Below, in pieces: positions 11,358 through 22,134 of a stretch of 64,000 bases of DNA. Source of the stretch: an uncultured Gemmatimonadales bacterium. GTDB taxonomy: Bacteria; Gemmatimonadota; Gemmatimonadetes; Gemmatimonadales; GWC2-71-9. Positions within the stretch are counted from its first letter, which is position 1. Each line of letters begins with the position of its first letter. A program made the translations under genes and the position numbers. The stretch covers positions 992,001 to 1,056,000 of the forward strand of contig CAVUAK010000001.1 of NCBI GenBank assembly GCA_963739455.1, given 5' to 3'. The notes beneath the pieces are model-generated. The model searched no databases. It saw only the letters and a program-made list of their open reading frames with translations, and was not told the origin of the DNA.

Positions 11358-12008
11358 GTGAGTATCCGCTCGCTGCGCGTCCTGGAGCCGGGCGAGCGCA
11401 TCTCCGAGGCGCTGTTTGGCCTGATCATGGTCCTCACCTTCACCGGCTCGCTCAGCGTCGTGAATGCCGGTCGGGCCGACGTAGGTGCAATGCTCATCGG
11501 CGCGCTCGGGTGCAACCTCGCCTGGGGAATCATTGATGGGATCCTGTACCTCATGGGCTGCCTTGGCGAGCAGGGCCGCAGTATCCGGAGTCTCCGGGCG
11601 CTGCAGGAGTCCACCACGCCAGAGGAGGCCCAACGCGCGATCGCGGGTGCGCTGCCGCCGATGGTCGCGGCTGCGCTCGATGCTGCGGACTACGAGACCC
11701 TGCGCCGGAAACTGGTCAACTTACCACCGGCCCCACGGCACGCATCACTCGACAGCAGGGCCTGGCTCGGCGCGCTCGCCGTCTTTCTCTGGGTCTTCGT
11801 CATGACGCTGCCGGTGGCGCTCCCCTTCGCGTACATAAACGACATCCGTCTCGCCATGCGCGTGTCCAACGCGGTTGCTGTTGCCCTCCTGTTCCTGTGC
11901 GGAGTTGCCCTCGGCCGCGCGGTACACCATCGTCCGTGGCTTACCGGCCTCGGCATGGTTGGGTTGGGACTCGCGCTCGTGGGCCTCACCATCAAGCTTG
12001 GAGGGTGA
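11358..12008 (+). CDS. VIT1/CCC1-like membrane protein
   Basis: LEPGERISEALFGLIMVLTFT, GCNLAWGIIDG, LPVALPF; about 5 TM. Confidence 0.7.
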   Translation: MSIRSLRVLEPGERISEALFGLIMVLTFTGSLSVVNAGRADVGAMLIGALGCNLAWGIIDGILYLMGCLGEQGRSIRSLRALQESTTPEEAQRAIAGALPPMVAAALDAADYETLRRKLVNLPPAPRHASLDSRAWLGALAVFLWVFVMTLPVALPFAYINDIRLAMRVSNAVAVALLFLCGVALGRAVHHRPWLTGLGMVGLGLALVGLTIKLGG

Positions 12009-12029
12009 GGGAGTCGACTCGCATGAGAG

Positions 12030-12971
12030 TCAGGGCCGGACCGCCTGCCAGGTAGAGTCGGGGTTGTAGCGCGCCATCGTCTTGAATGCCTCGAGCGTCC
12101 CATCACCGAGGTCCTTTTCGTACACCACACCCTCCCAGCTCACGATGAAGGTCTTGATGCCGGTCACCCCGTAGTCTGCTGGCGCCGCCACGAGCGCGAA
12201 GCCACCGAGCATCGCTCCCTCCACCATGAAGTTCATCTCGCCCAGTGGGGCCGCCGGGCCCTGTCCCTTGAGGATCTTGAAGTAGTAGCCGTGGAACGGC
12301 TCGTAACGCTCCGAATAGCCCTCGGAAATGTACTTCGCGATGGTCTCGCCCATGGGACCCTGCCACGTGCTGTCGGCGGCACGCCATGCCAGGCCGTCCT
12401 GCTTCCCGGGAGTACTGATCACCCGCTGCGCGTACTGATTCACGATCGACCCATCGCGCCGCGTGAACGCGTATGTGCGCTGGGCATCGACATAGTCGCG
12501 GCTGACCTGGATCGCGTTGAGCTCGTTTCCACCGATACGCCGGCGGAGGATCTCCTCCCTCCCCGCCGACACATCGAATGACCACTTGCCGCCCTGCTGC
12601 ACGATCGGGATCGGCATCGGCCAATCTTCCGCGCCCACATTGAGTACTGCCGTGGTCCTCGCGGAGTCGAACTCGAGCCGCTCCTGCACCCGCGCCTCCG
12701 TCGCGAACGCGATCGCATGGTTGCGGTCCGCGATGGTGTCTTCGGACGACACCAGGTCATCGCCTTCCGAGCCAAGGATCGCCATGAGTGCCGGCACATT
12801 GTAGTTCGCCGACGCTGTGATCAGCGCCGAAGCCGCTTCTTCCGGAGTCGCGAACTGCTGCGGCGGCACGGCGGGAGCAGTGGGGGGCTTCTTGTCGCAC
12901 CCCGTGAAGAGGCCGCACATGACGGCGGCCACCGCAAGCTGGCGCGCGCTGCGCGCGGTGATCGTGTTCAT
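12030..12971 (-). CDS. DUF2950 family lipoprotein
   Basis: Lipobox FTGC; FATPEEAA, WPMPIPIV, EILRRRIGGNE, PFHGYYFKIL, YGVTGIKTFIV. Confidence 0.88.
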   Translation of the reverse strand: MNTITARSARQLAVAAVMCGLFTGCDKKPPTAPAVPPQQFATPEEAASALITASANYNVPALMAILGSEGDDLVSSEDTIADRNHAIAFATEARVQERLEFDSARTTAVLNVGAEDWPMPIPIVQQGGKWSFDVSAGREEILRRRIGGNELNAIQVSRDYVDAQRTYAFTRRDGSIVNQYAQRVISTPGKQDGLAWRAADSTWQGPMGETIAKYISEGYSERYEPFHGYYFKILKGQGPAAPLGEMNFMVEGAMLGGFALVAAPADYGVTGIKTFIVSWEGVVYEKDLGDGTLEAFKTMARYNPDSTWQAVRP

Positions 12972-14467
12972 CGCCGACGTCCTCCGCCACCACCTCGCGA
13001 GCCCCCACCGCGCGATCCTCCCATGCTCGAGGCGCCGCGCGAGCTATTCCGCCGGGCGGTGGCACCACTGTAGCCGCTCGAACCGCCGCTCCAGCTGTTG
13101 GAGCCACCACGCGACGGCTGCGTGCTCGCACTTGGGCTACGCTGCCCTGCGCCACCAGACGGCCTCGTGCTCGCAGCTGAACCCCGCTGGCCCCCGCCGC
13201 CCGCAGGCTGCGTTCCGGCGCTTGGACCCCGCTGTCCGGCCCCCGCACCACCGCCGGGCCGCTGACCCTGCCCGCCGCCCTGCCTGTTGGCCACCCCGGC
13301 ACCGCGATCGCCACCGCCGTACTTGTTGGCGGTTCGCTGGTCGGCGTACGGAGCGCCACCTCGATGCGACGGGTTGTGCTGCCACTTGCCGCCGCCGGCG
13401 CCACCGGGACCGCCCACCCCACCGGCGCCGCCGACGCCACCAGCCCCCCCGACGCCACCAGCGCCCCCAACCCCACCAACTCCACCGACTCCTCCAGCTC
13501 CTCCGACTCCACCGACTCCACCGACTCCACCAACCCCTCCGACTCCACCAACTCCACCCACCCCACCGACTCCACCGATCTGGTTGAAGTTGTTGCCGTT
13601 GTTGATGTAGATGTTGCCGCCGCCCCATCCCGCGTAACAGCAGCTCCCACCCCAGATGGCCGCGCCCCACATCATGCCAACGGTGAAGGAGACCAGCGCC
13701 GCACCCGGCGGATAGACCGGGTAGTAGATCGGCGGATAGGGATAGACCGGCGGCCCGTAGACCACCGTCGGGCTGTACGTCGGCACGTAGATGACCTCGG
13801 GGTTGGTCGGCTGCACCACGATCACGGTCTTCTCGGCCACGACCTGCGTGTCGACCTTCTGCTGCTCATTTGATTCGAGCGCGCCGTTGTTCTTGGCCTT
13901 CCGCCGCATCCGCTGCACCGCGTCCATCACGCTGGCCTGATCCGCCAGGAAGGCATTTCCGAGCTCCGTGGCCCATTGGATATCGTCGGCGAGCCGCTTC
14001 ACCACCTCCGGAACGGCGGCCATCGACTGGACACTCGGGTCCCAGGGTTGCTTCGCGATGGAATCGGCGAGCGCCTTGTCCTTGAGGCCCGGGTGCTTGG
14101 CCAGCCACTGCTGCAGTTGGATGATCTCGAGCGGGTAGGTGGACGCGACCAGGGTCTGCGCGAGCAGCGGGTCGGGATACAGTGCAATCGGTGCCACCAG
14201 TGCGTCGAGCTGCGCCGAGGGAAGGGTCGCCCCCGTATCTGTCGCCGCCGCTGGCACCGGTCCCGATGTGACGGACATTTGCCCCGCCGAGCCAGTCACG
14301 GGAACCATCGAGGGGATCGTCGGTGCCGGCAACGGGGTCATCGGCTTTGCTTGCTGCGCCGAACCAGGCTGCACCACAGACAAGACGACGAGCAATGCCA
14401 TGGCGTGGCGCAATGGCCTCACAGGTCGCCGGTGCTGTTGCTTCGGAGGGAGCTCTGGGCGCGACAT
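12968..14467 (-). CDS. DUF3300 protein with a Gly-rich C-terminal tail
   Basis: LDALVAPIALYPDPLLAQ..ASTYP, WDPSV, VMDAVQRMR, IYVPTY, WQHNPSHRGGAPY; AAGGAG RBS. Confidence 0.9.
   Translation of the reverse strand: MSRPELPPKQQHRRPVRPLRHAMALLVVLSVVQPGSAQQAKPMTPLPAPTIPSMVPVTGSAGQMSVTSGPVPAAATDTGATLPSAQLDALVAPIALYPDPLLAQTLVASTYPLEIIQLQQWLAKHPGLKDKALADSIAKQPWDPSVQSMAAVPEVVKRLADDIQWATELGNAFLADQASVMDAVQRMRRKAKNNGALESNEQQKVDTQVVAEKTVIVVQPTNPEVIYVPTYSPTVVYGPPVYPYPPIYYPVYPPGAALVSFTVGMMWGAAIWGGSCCYAGWGGGNIYINNGNNFNQIGGVGGVGGVGGVGGVGGVGGVGGVGGAGGVGGVGGVGGAGGVGGAGGVGGAGGVGGPGGAGGGKWQHNPSHRGGAPYADQRTANKYGGGDRGAGVANRQGGGQGQRPGGGAGAGQRGPSAGTQPAGGGGQRGSAASTRPSGGAGQRSPSASTQPSRGGSNSWSGGSSGYSGATARRNSSRGASSMGGSRGGGSRGGGGGRRR
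13388..13576 (-). repeat. Coding tandem repeat of 21 Gly-Gly-X units (degenerate 9-bp unit)
   Basis: Plus-strand units such as GACTCCACC and AACTCCACC; encodes GGV/GGA repeats. Confidence 0.95.
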
Positions 14468-14483
14468 GTGGTGATCTCCTTGC

Positions 14484-17400
14484 CTAGTGTGGCGCCTCAG
14501 GGCGCTCAGCGCCAGCCACACCCTTCTTCGGGGAGCGGTTGGCAAGACGCATCACCACGGTGAAGAACAGCGGTGTGAAGAACACGCCAAGAATTGTGGC
14601 CGCAAGCATGCCACCGAATACGCCGGTACCAAGCGAGTTGCGGCTGCCCGCGCCAGCACCCGTCGCGATGACCAGTGGTACCACGCCCAGGATGAACGCG
14701 AAGCTGGTCATCAGGATCGGGCGAAAACGTTCCTTGGCCGCCTGGACCGCGGCCTCCCTGAATGGCTGCCCCTTGGCATGGAGCACATTGGCGAACTCCA
14801 CGATGAGGATGGCGTTCTTCGCCGCGAGCCCGACCACCGTCACCAGGCCAATGGTGAAGTAGAGGTCGTTGGGGATGCCCCGCACGGCGATCGCGAGCAG
14901 CGCGCCCAGGAGCCCGAACGGCACCACGAGGATCACTGCGACCGGGAGCGACCAGCTCTCATACTGCGCGGCCAGGATCAGGAAGACCAGCACGATGCCG
15001 AGGACGAAGATCATCGCCGTGGAGCCACTGGCGAGCTTCTCCTGGAGCGACTGGCCGCCGTAAGCGGTGCCGAGACCGCGCGAGGCGAACTCGATCCCCA
15101 GCCGCTCCGCGGCGGCGAGCATCTCACCCGAACTCTTCCCCGGCGGGGGCTCCCCGTTCACTTGCGCCGCCGTGAAGCCATTGAAGCGCGTCACCAGGGC
15201 GGGACCACCCTGCATGCGCCCCTGGCTGAAGGCCGACACCGGCACCATCGCCCCGCTGTTGTTCCGCACGTACAGTTTTCCGATGTCCTGCGGCCCGGTC
15301 CGGAACTGTGGCTTCGCCTCCACCTGCACCCGGTAGGTCTTGCCAAAGAGGTTGAAGTCATTGACGTAGTAGGTGCTGAGCATGGCCTGCAGCGTCTGGA
15401 ACACGTCGCTCAGCGTAAGCCCCAGTGACTTGGCCTTCTCCCGGTCCACGTCGAGGTGATAGGCCGGCACGTTGGGGCGCACGCCGGTGCGCGCGCGCAC
15501 CGTCCCCGTCGCGTTCAGGTCCTTGAGGAACTCCTGGCCCACCTCGATGAACTGCGCGTAGCTCCCTACGCTCCGGTTCTGGATGTACATCTCGAGGCCG
15601 GCGGTCACGCCCAGGCCCGGAATCTCCGGCATGTTGAACGCGAAACCCTGAGCCTCGCTGATGCCCCCGAACATCCGGTTGGCGCGAGCGATGACCGCGG
15701 GAAGCTGGAGGGAATCCGCCTTCCGCTCACCCCACGGCTTGAGGGTGATGAACATGGTGGCGGTGCTTGTCTGGTTCGCGTTGGAAATGAAGTCGAGGCC
15801 CTCGAGCGTTACCACGTTCTCGACGGCCGGGTCGTTCATGAGCTCTTGCTCCACCCGCTGCACCACCTTGTCGGTGCGCTGCAGCGAGGCGGCATCGGGC
15901 AGTGAGACAAACCCGACGAAGTAGCCCTTGTCTTCCGACGGGAGGAAGGCGGTCGGGGCGCGACTGAAGAGCACGAGCGAAAGCGCCACCATGACGGCGA
16001 ACATGGCCAGCATGGTCTTCGGCACGCCGAGTCCCAGCTTGACGATCCCGGCGTACCCCCCAGTCACCCGGTCGAACATCCGGTTGAACCATTCGAAGGG
16101 GGCCCACTTCTTGTGTCCCGGCTCGTGCGGCTTGAGGAGCACCGCGCAGAGGGCCGGGGTCAGGGTGAGTGCCACGATGCCGGAGATAATGACCGAAATC
16201 GCGATGGTGAGCGCGAACTGCTTGTAGAGGCGTCCGGTGAGGCCGCCCATGAAGGCCACTGGCACGAACACGGCGCAGAGCACGAGGACGATGGCGATGA
16301 GCGCGCCGCTCACTTCGGCCATGGCCTCGTCCGACGCCTGGGCCGGGCTCACATGGCGCTCGGCCATGATGCGCTCGACGTTCTCAACCACGACGATCGC
16401 GTCATCCACGACGATGCCGATGGCCAGCACCAGGCCGAACAGCGTGATCGAGTTGATCGAGAACCCGAACATCTGCATGCCGAAGAAGGTGCCGATGATG
16501 GACACCGGGACGGCGAGCGCCGGGATGAGGGTGGCGCGCCAGCTCTGCAGGAAGATGAACACCACCAGGAACACCAGGATCATCGCCTCGACGAGGGTAT
16601 GCAGCACCTCCTCGATCGAGGCCTCGACGAACGGCGTCGTGTCATAGACGATGTCGGCCGTGACGCCCGGGGGGAACAGCCTTCCGATTTCCTCCAGCCG
16701 GTGCGCGATCGCCTCGCGCACGTCGAGCGCGTTGGCCCCCGACCGCAGGTACACCGGGATGATCGCGGTCGCCTTGCCATTGAGCCGGCCCAGCAGGTCG
16801 TAGTTGCGGGCCCCGAGACGCACGGAGCCGATGTCACCGATACGCAGCAGGCTGCCATCCTGGTTGGCCCGGATGATGATCTGCTCGTACTCCTTCGCAT
16901 CGGTGAGGCGGCCCTTGGTCGTGACCGACAGCGTGAGGTCGGTGCCTGGCGGTGCCGGCTCGCGACCGACCCGACCCGCCCGGGTTCGTGGTGTTCTGCT
17001 CCCGCACGGCCGCCACGATCTCGGGCACCGAGACGTGCAGCTGCGCCATGCGGTACGGGTCGAGCGAGATCAGCATCGAAAATTCGAGCTGGCCATACAC
17101 GGTGGCATCGCCGACGCCGTTCAACTTCTTGAGCTCGTCCTCGACGTTGATCTTGAGGAAGTTGGAGAGGTACTCGGCGTCATAACGCGGGTCGTCGGAA
17201 CGGACCGCCACCATCAGCAGGATGTCCTTCTGCGCCTTCTTCACCGTGATGCCGTTCTGCCGGACCTCCTGCGGCAGCTGCGGCTCGGCCAGCTTCACCT
17301 GGTTCTGCACGTCGACGGCGGCAAGGTCCTGGTTCCGCTCGATGTTGAAGAACACCGAGAGGTTCATCGTACCGTCACTGCCATTCGCGGATGTGTAGTA

Positions 17401-17655
17401 AAGGAGGTCCTGGATGCCCGACAACTGCTGCTCGATCGGCGCGGCGACCGCTTCCGCGACGTCACTGGCCGTGGCGCCCGGGTAGAACGCCGACACGCTT
17501 ACGCTGGGCGGCGTGATCATCGGATAGCTGGCGATGGGAAGGCCCTTCATGGAGAAGAGCCCGAGCAGCACGATGACGATGGAGATCACCGACGACAGGA
17601 TGGGTCGCCGGATGAAGAGGTTCTTCGGGATGTAGGGACCGGCGGGATCGCTCAC
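14484..17655 (-). CDS. RND efflux permease (AcrB/MexB-like); frameshift ~16975
   Basis: FIRRPILSSVIS, PIEQQLSG, GIVVDDAIVVVENVER, GLAAKNAILIVEFA, RFRPILMTS. Confidence 0.93.
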
Positions 17656-18832
17656 GTTGCCGGGGCCTTGGCGGCGGCCTCGACGGTGCCGGCCGTAGTC
17701 CTTCATGAACGGCTTCGCCACCACGGGAGAGCCGGTGCGCACCCGCTGGATGTTGTCCACGATCACCTGGTCGCCCGGATTCAGGCCCTTCTCGATGATC
17801 CAGTTGCTCCCGACCCAGCTGCCCGCCTGCACGTCGCGCGCCCGCGCGGTGTCGCCAACGGCGACATAGACGAACTGCCGACCGAGGGCCTGCTGCACCG
17901 CGGTCTGCGGGAACGAGGATCGCGTTGTTACGGGTCGCGCCCAGCAAGCGTGCACGCACGAACTGGCCGGGCAGGATGCGGCGCTGGGGATTCTTGAACG
18001 TCGTGCGGAGACGAAGTGAGCCGGTTTCGGTGTCGATGCGCAGGTCGGCAAAGTTGATGCGCCCCTCCTGCGGGAAGATGCTGCCGTCCGACAGCACCAG
18101 CTGCACCCGATACTTGTCCCGTGCCGGCCTCGTCACCCGGCCCGTGCGCACATCGTCCTCGTACCTGAGCCGATCATTGTCGGAGATCGACAGGTCGACA
18201 TAGATCGGATCCAGCTGGTCGATCGTCGCCAGGAGTGCGATCGGCCCCGGGACCTGGGCGCCGGTCAGGAGGTTCGCGGTGCCGATGCGGCCGCTGATCT
18301 CGGCCCGGATGACGGTGCGGTGAAGGTCAACGTCGGCCCTCTCGAGCGACGCGGTGCTGCCGGCAAGGTCTGCCTGGGCCGTCTGGTAGTGGGTGAGGAG
18401 AACGTCGTAGTCGCGCTGGCTGATGGCACCGCCCTTGAACAGCGCCTCGCCGCGCGCGAGGTCTCGCTTCGCCTGCTCGAGGTTGGCACGCGCCGTCTCC
18501 TCGGCGGCCGCCGAGGTGCGCGAATCCGCCTGGTAGATCGCCGGGTCAATCAGGAAGAGCTTGTCACCCTTCTTCACGTCGGAACCTTCGACGAAGTACC
18601 GCTCGAGGATCGTGCCCTGCACCAGCGAGCGCACTTCGATCCGGTGAGACGGCTGCGCTTCGGCGGTGAACTCGAACACCGCCGGCACCGCCTGGGCCGT
18701 GACCGTCAGCACACCGACCGTCGGGGGAGGAGGCGCGGGCGGACCGCCCTTGTCCTTGCAGCCAGGGAGGAGCAGGGGGAGGGCGACGAGGATGCTCGCG
18801 CCAAGTCTGGAGGGTAGTGCCAAGGTCACCAC
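17652..18832 (-). CDS. RND periplasmic adaptor lipoprotein; frameshifts ~17910 and ~17690; start approximate
   Basis: Lipobox LPGC; EVRSLVQG, EGSDVKKGDKLFLIDP, IRAEISGRIG, LPGQFVRA. Confidence 0.9.
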
Positions 18833-18968
18833 CGGCTTGGGTGGAAGTCGAAGGTCCGAGCAGGGAAGATACCTTCTGGTCTGGCCGCCCGTTTGACAAG
18901 GCCTTCGCCGGGCAGGCACATTGTATATTAACGACAAAGTTCATCGGATTTCCGCATTGGAGGTAGCA

Positions 18969-19861
18969 ATGAGTCCGGACACCCCGCTGCCGGTTGTCAC
19001 GCCGATCACCGAGCGCGGCTATGCCCATCCGGAGGTTCTCGTTTCCACCGACTGGGTGGCTGCGCACCTCAACGACCCCAAGGTCCGCATTGTCGAGTCC
19101 GACGAGGACCTTCTGCTCTACGAGACCGGCCACGTCCCCGGTGCGGTGAAGATCGACTGGGTCACCGACCTGAACGACCAGCTCCGCCGCGACTACGTCT
19201 CCCGCGATGCGCTGGAGGCGCTGCTCCGCTCGAAGGGAATCTCCGGCGACACCACCATCGTGCTCTACGGCGACAAGAACAACTGGTGGGCCGCCTACTC
19301 CTTCTGGGTGCTGCGGCTCTTCGGGCTGGGCAACCTGCGACTCATGGACGGTGGACGGTTGCGGTGGGCCGAGGAGGGCCGGCCGCTGGTCACCGACGCG
19401 TCGAACTACCCGGCCGGCAACATCGTCGTGCCCGCCCGGAACGACGCGCCGATTCGCGCCTTCCGGGACGAGGTCCTCAAGCATGTCGCAGGCCGGCCGC
19501 AGGCTCGTCGATGTGCGGAGCCCGGAGGAGTACCGCGGCGAGCGCCTGCACATGGCCGACTATCCCAACGAAGGCGCGCTGCGCGGCGGGCACATTCCTG
19601 GTGCGCGGAGCATTCCGTGGGCTCGCGCCGTCGATCCGGCCACGCACTGTTTCCGGCCGGCCAGTGAACTGCGCACACTCTACCAGCAGGAGAACGGCAT
19701 CACTGGCGACGGGCGAGACGATCGTGTACTGCCGCATCGGGGAACGTTCATCCCACAGCTGGTTCGCGCTGACCTACCTGCTCGGGTTCAATAACGTGCG
19801 GAACTACGACGGAAGCTGGACCGAATGGGGCAATGGGGTGGGGCTCCCGATCGAGCGATAG
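18969..19861 (+). CDS. Two-domain rhodanese / thiosulfate sulfurtransferase (SseA-like); frameshifts ~19490 and ~19710
   Basis: [25 protein letters not shown], active site [18 protein letters not shown]. Confidence 0.93.
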
Positions 19862-19882
19862 GCGCATCATGCTGACATTGAC

Positions 19883-19908
19883 AGGGCGACCGCAAGGTCG
19901 CCCTTTTT
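19883..19908 (+). terminator. Rho-independent terminator
   Basis: AGGGCGACC-GCAA-GGTCGCCCT followed by TTTT. Confidence 0.85.
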
Positions 19909-19930
19909 GCTAAACGCTTATTTCATCAAT

Positions 19931-19989
19931 TGCTTACAGTGCACACTACGCGGTCGCTCCATCTACCAGATTGTAAGCAGGTACTTGCA
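19931..19989. promoter_or_regulatory. Candidate TetR operator(s)
   Basis: Quasi-palindrome TGTAAG-caggta-CTTGCA (19972-19989) plus a half-site TGCTTACA (19931-19938) upstream of tetR. Confidence 0.5.
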
Positions 19990-20020
19990 TTCTCTGGAAT
20001 TGGCGGTATCCTAGGCGCCC

Positions 20021-20630
20021 ATGAGTATCGACGCCAGGGAAAAACTGCTGGAAGTAGCCGCCCGTGTGTACGCCGAGGCGGGCTACCGGGGTACCACGAC
20101 GCGACGGATTGCCCAGGAGGCGGACCTCAACGAGGTCACGCTCTTCCGGCACTTCGGGTCCAAGGATGCGCTGCTCCGCGAGGCGATCGAGCGTCGCCGA
20201 TCGACAGAGTCGCGAGTTGCTCGACCTCGACGCCGTCGATCCGATCGCCGAGCTGCATCGCTGGGCGTTCGCGGCGTTCCAGCGCTTCTATCGCCAACGG
20301 AACCTGATCCGGCAGGTGCTCGGCGACATCGTGCAGCGTCCCGAGATCGCGCCGTCGATCTGCGACGAGACGACAACCGCCGAGTTCGACCAGCTCATCC
20401 TCTACCTGCGGGTGCTCGAGGAGCGGGGCGTGGTGCACATCGGCGACCCGTTGCTGCTCGAGGCAAGCGGCGCCATGCTGGTGCACGCGCTGCTGAGTCA
20501 TGCGCTTTGGCGTGATCTCGTGCCCAACATGCCGGCGCCGGAAGAGTGCACCCGCCTGTTCGTGGAAGTCCTGCTGCGCGCCATCGGGGCGCGCACCCTT
20601 GCGGCCATTCCTGAAGGAGCTCGCCCATGA
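20021..20630 (+). CDS. TetR/AcrR family regulator; frameshift ~20205
   Basis: GYRGTTTRRIAQEADLNEVTLFRHFGSKDAL helix-turn-helix. Confidence 0.92.
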
Positions 20631-22099
20631 GGTCCATCGCTGTCGGTGTACTGGTGATGCTCGCGGCTGGCACGACGGGGACGCTCGAGGCCCAGCAGCC
20701 CGTGCCCAATGCAAGGGTACAGGCGCCGGTGGGCGATACGCTGCGGCTCACGCTGTCCGACGCGCTTGCGCAGGCCGAGCCGGCGAGCGAGCAGGTGGGC
20801 ATTGCGGCGGCGGGAGTGCGAAAGGCCAAGGGCGCGGTGATGCAGACCAGGTCGTACCTGTTGCCGCAGGTCAACCTCGGGCCGCAATACACCCACGTCT
20901 TCGAGAATCCATACCAGAACTTCTTCCCGCCCGACACGACTGGTTCAAACCCGTTTACGGCGACGAACCAGTGGCGCATCGGCGGTAGTGCCAGCATGTC
21001 GCTCCTCAACCTGAGCCAGTGGGCGCAGCTGGGGGCAAGCAAGACGGCGACGCGCGTATCCGAGCTGCAGCTGTCGCAGCAGCAGGCGCTCACGATCCTC
21101 ACGGTGGCGAGCGCGTACTACGACGCCTCCCTCACGGCGCAGCTCGTGACCATTACCGAGTACACCCTGGCCCAGACCGAGCGCACGCTCAAGGACGTGA
21201 CCCTGGGGCGCGAGGTGGGCACCCAGTCGGAGTTCGAGCAGCTCCGCGCCCGGGTGGCACGCGACAACCAGGTCCCGGTCGTGACGCGGTCTCGCGCCAA
21301 CCGCGACATCGCCTCGACCCGGCTCAAGCAGCTCCTCGACATCCCGCTGACGACCGAGGTGGTACTCGAGACACCGCTCGACGACCAGGAGAACCCTGGC
21401 GCGCTGCCGTCGGACGTGGACACGCTGCTGCAGGGGGCGGATACGGCGGCGGCAGCCCGCGCCGTGGTGCGCACGGCGGAGGAGACCGTTCGCCAGAATG
21501 AACAACTCAATGCGGCCGCGGGACGGCAGTGGATCCCGACGCTGCAGACCACCATGAACTACAATCGCGCGGGCTTCAGCGCCGACTTCTTCCCGGTGAA
21601 CAGCGAGTTCGGCAACGACTGGACCTTGGTCGCCGTGCTCAACTGGCCGATCTTTACCTCAGGGCGGATCCTCGGTTCGAAGCGCCAGACCGAGGCCAGC
21701 CTCGACGCGGCGCGCCTGCAGGCCAAGCTCACCGGCGAACAGGCGGCGCTCGACAACGTGACGGTGCACGCCCGGCTGCGCGAGGCCCAGGACAATGCGA
21801 CGGCCACGGCGAGCGTCGTTGAGCAGGCCACCCGCGCCTACGATATCGCTGAGCTGCGCTTCCGCGAGGGCCTGTCCACCCAGACCGAACTGCAGGACGT
21901 TCGGCTGCAGTTCGAGCAGTCCCGCGCCAACCAGGCACAGGCCGCTCGCGACCTCCAGGTGGCCCGGCTGCGCTTGACGCTCCTCCCGTACCTGCCGCTT
22001 GGCACCGCGGATGGCATCGCGGCCACGACGTCGACCGTCACGACCACCGGCACCGCCACGCAGACCCTGTCCGGCGCCGTGGCGTCGCCGGGACGCTGA
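20627..22099 (+). CDS. TolC-family outer membrane protein
   Basis: Signal peptide; LTLSDAL, LLPQVNL, WPIFTSG, ELRFREGLST. Confidence 0.9.
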   Translation: MRSIAVGVLVMLAAGTTGTLEAQQPVPNARVQAPVGDTLRLTLSDALAQAEPASEQVGIAAAGVRKAKGAVMQTRSYLLPQVNLGPQYTHVFENPYQNFFPPDTTGSNPFTATNQWRIGGSASMSLLNLSQWAQLGASKTATRVSELQLSQQQALTILTVASAYYDASLTAQLVTITEYTLAQTERTLKDVTLGREVGTQSEFEQLRARVARDNQVPVVTRSRANRDIASTRLKQLLDIPLTTEVVLETPLDDQENPGALPSDVDTLLQGADTAAAARAVVRTAEETVRQNEQLNAAAGRQWIPTLQTTMNYNRAGFSADFFPVNSEFGNDWTLVAVLNWPIFTSGRILGSKRQTEASLDAARLQAKLTGEQAALDNVTVHARLREAQDNATATASVVEQATRAYDIAELRFREGLSTQTELQDVRLQFEQSRANQAQAARDLQVARLRLTLLPYLPLGTADGIAATTSTVTTTGTATQTLSGAVASPGR

Positions 22100-22134
22100 T
22101 CCACATGTCACCAATCGCACCAAGGAAGAGCCCG

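Noticed and set aside
13388..13576. CRISPR array, or a plus-strand Pro/Thr-rich protein
   Set aside because: 9-bp tandem units with no spacers, in frame within DUF3300; no cas genes present
16834..18051. MFP-RND fusion ORF
   Set aside because: Created by indels; a GTGA overlap at 17652-17655 marks the true boundary
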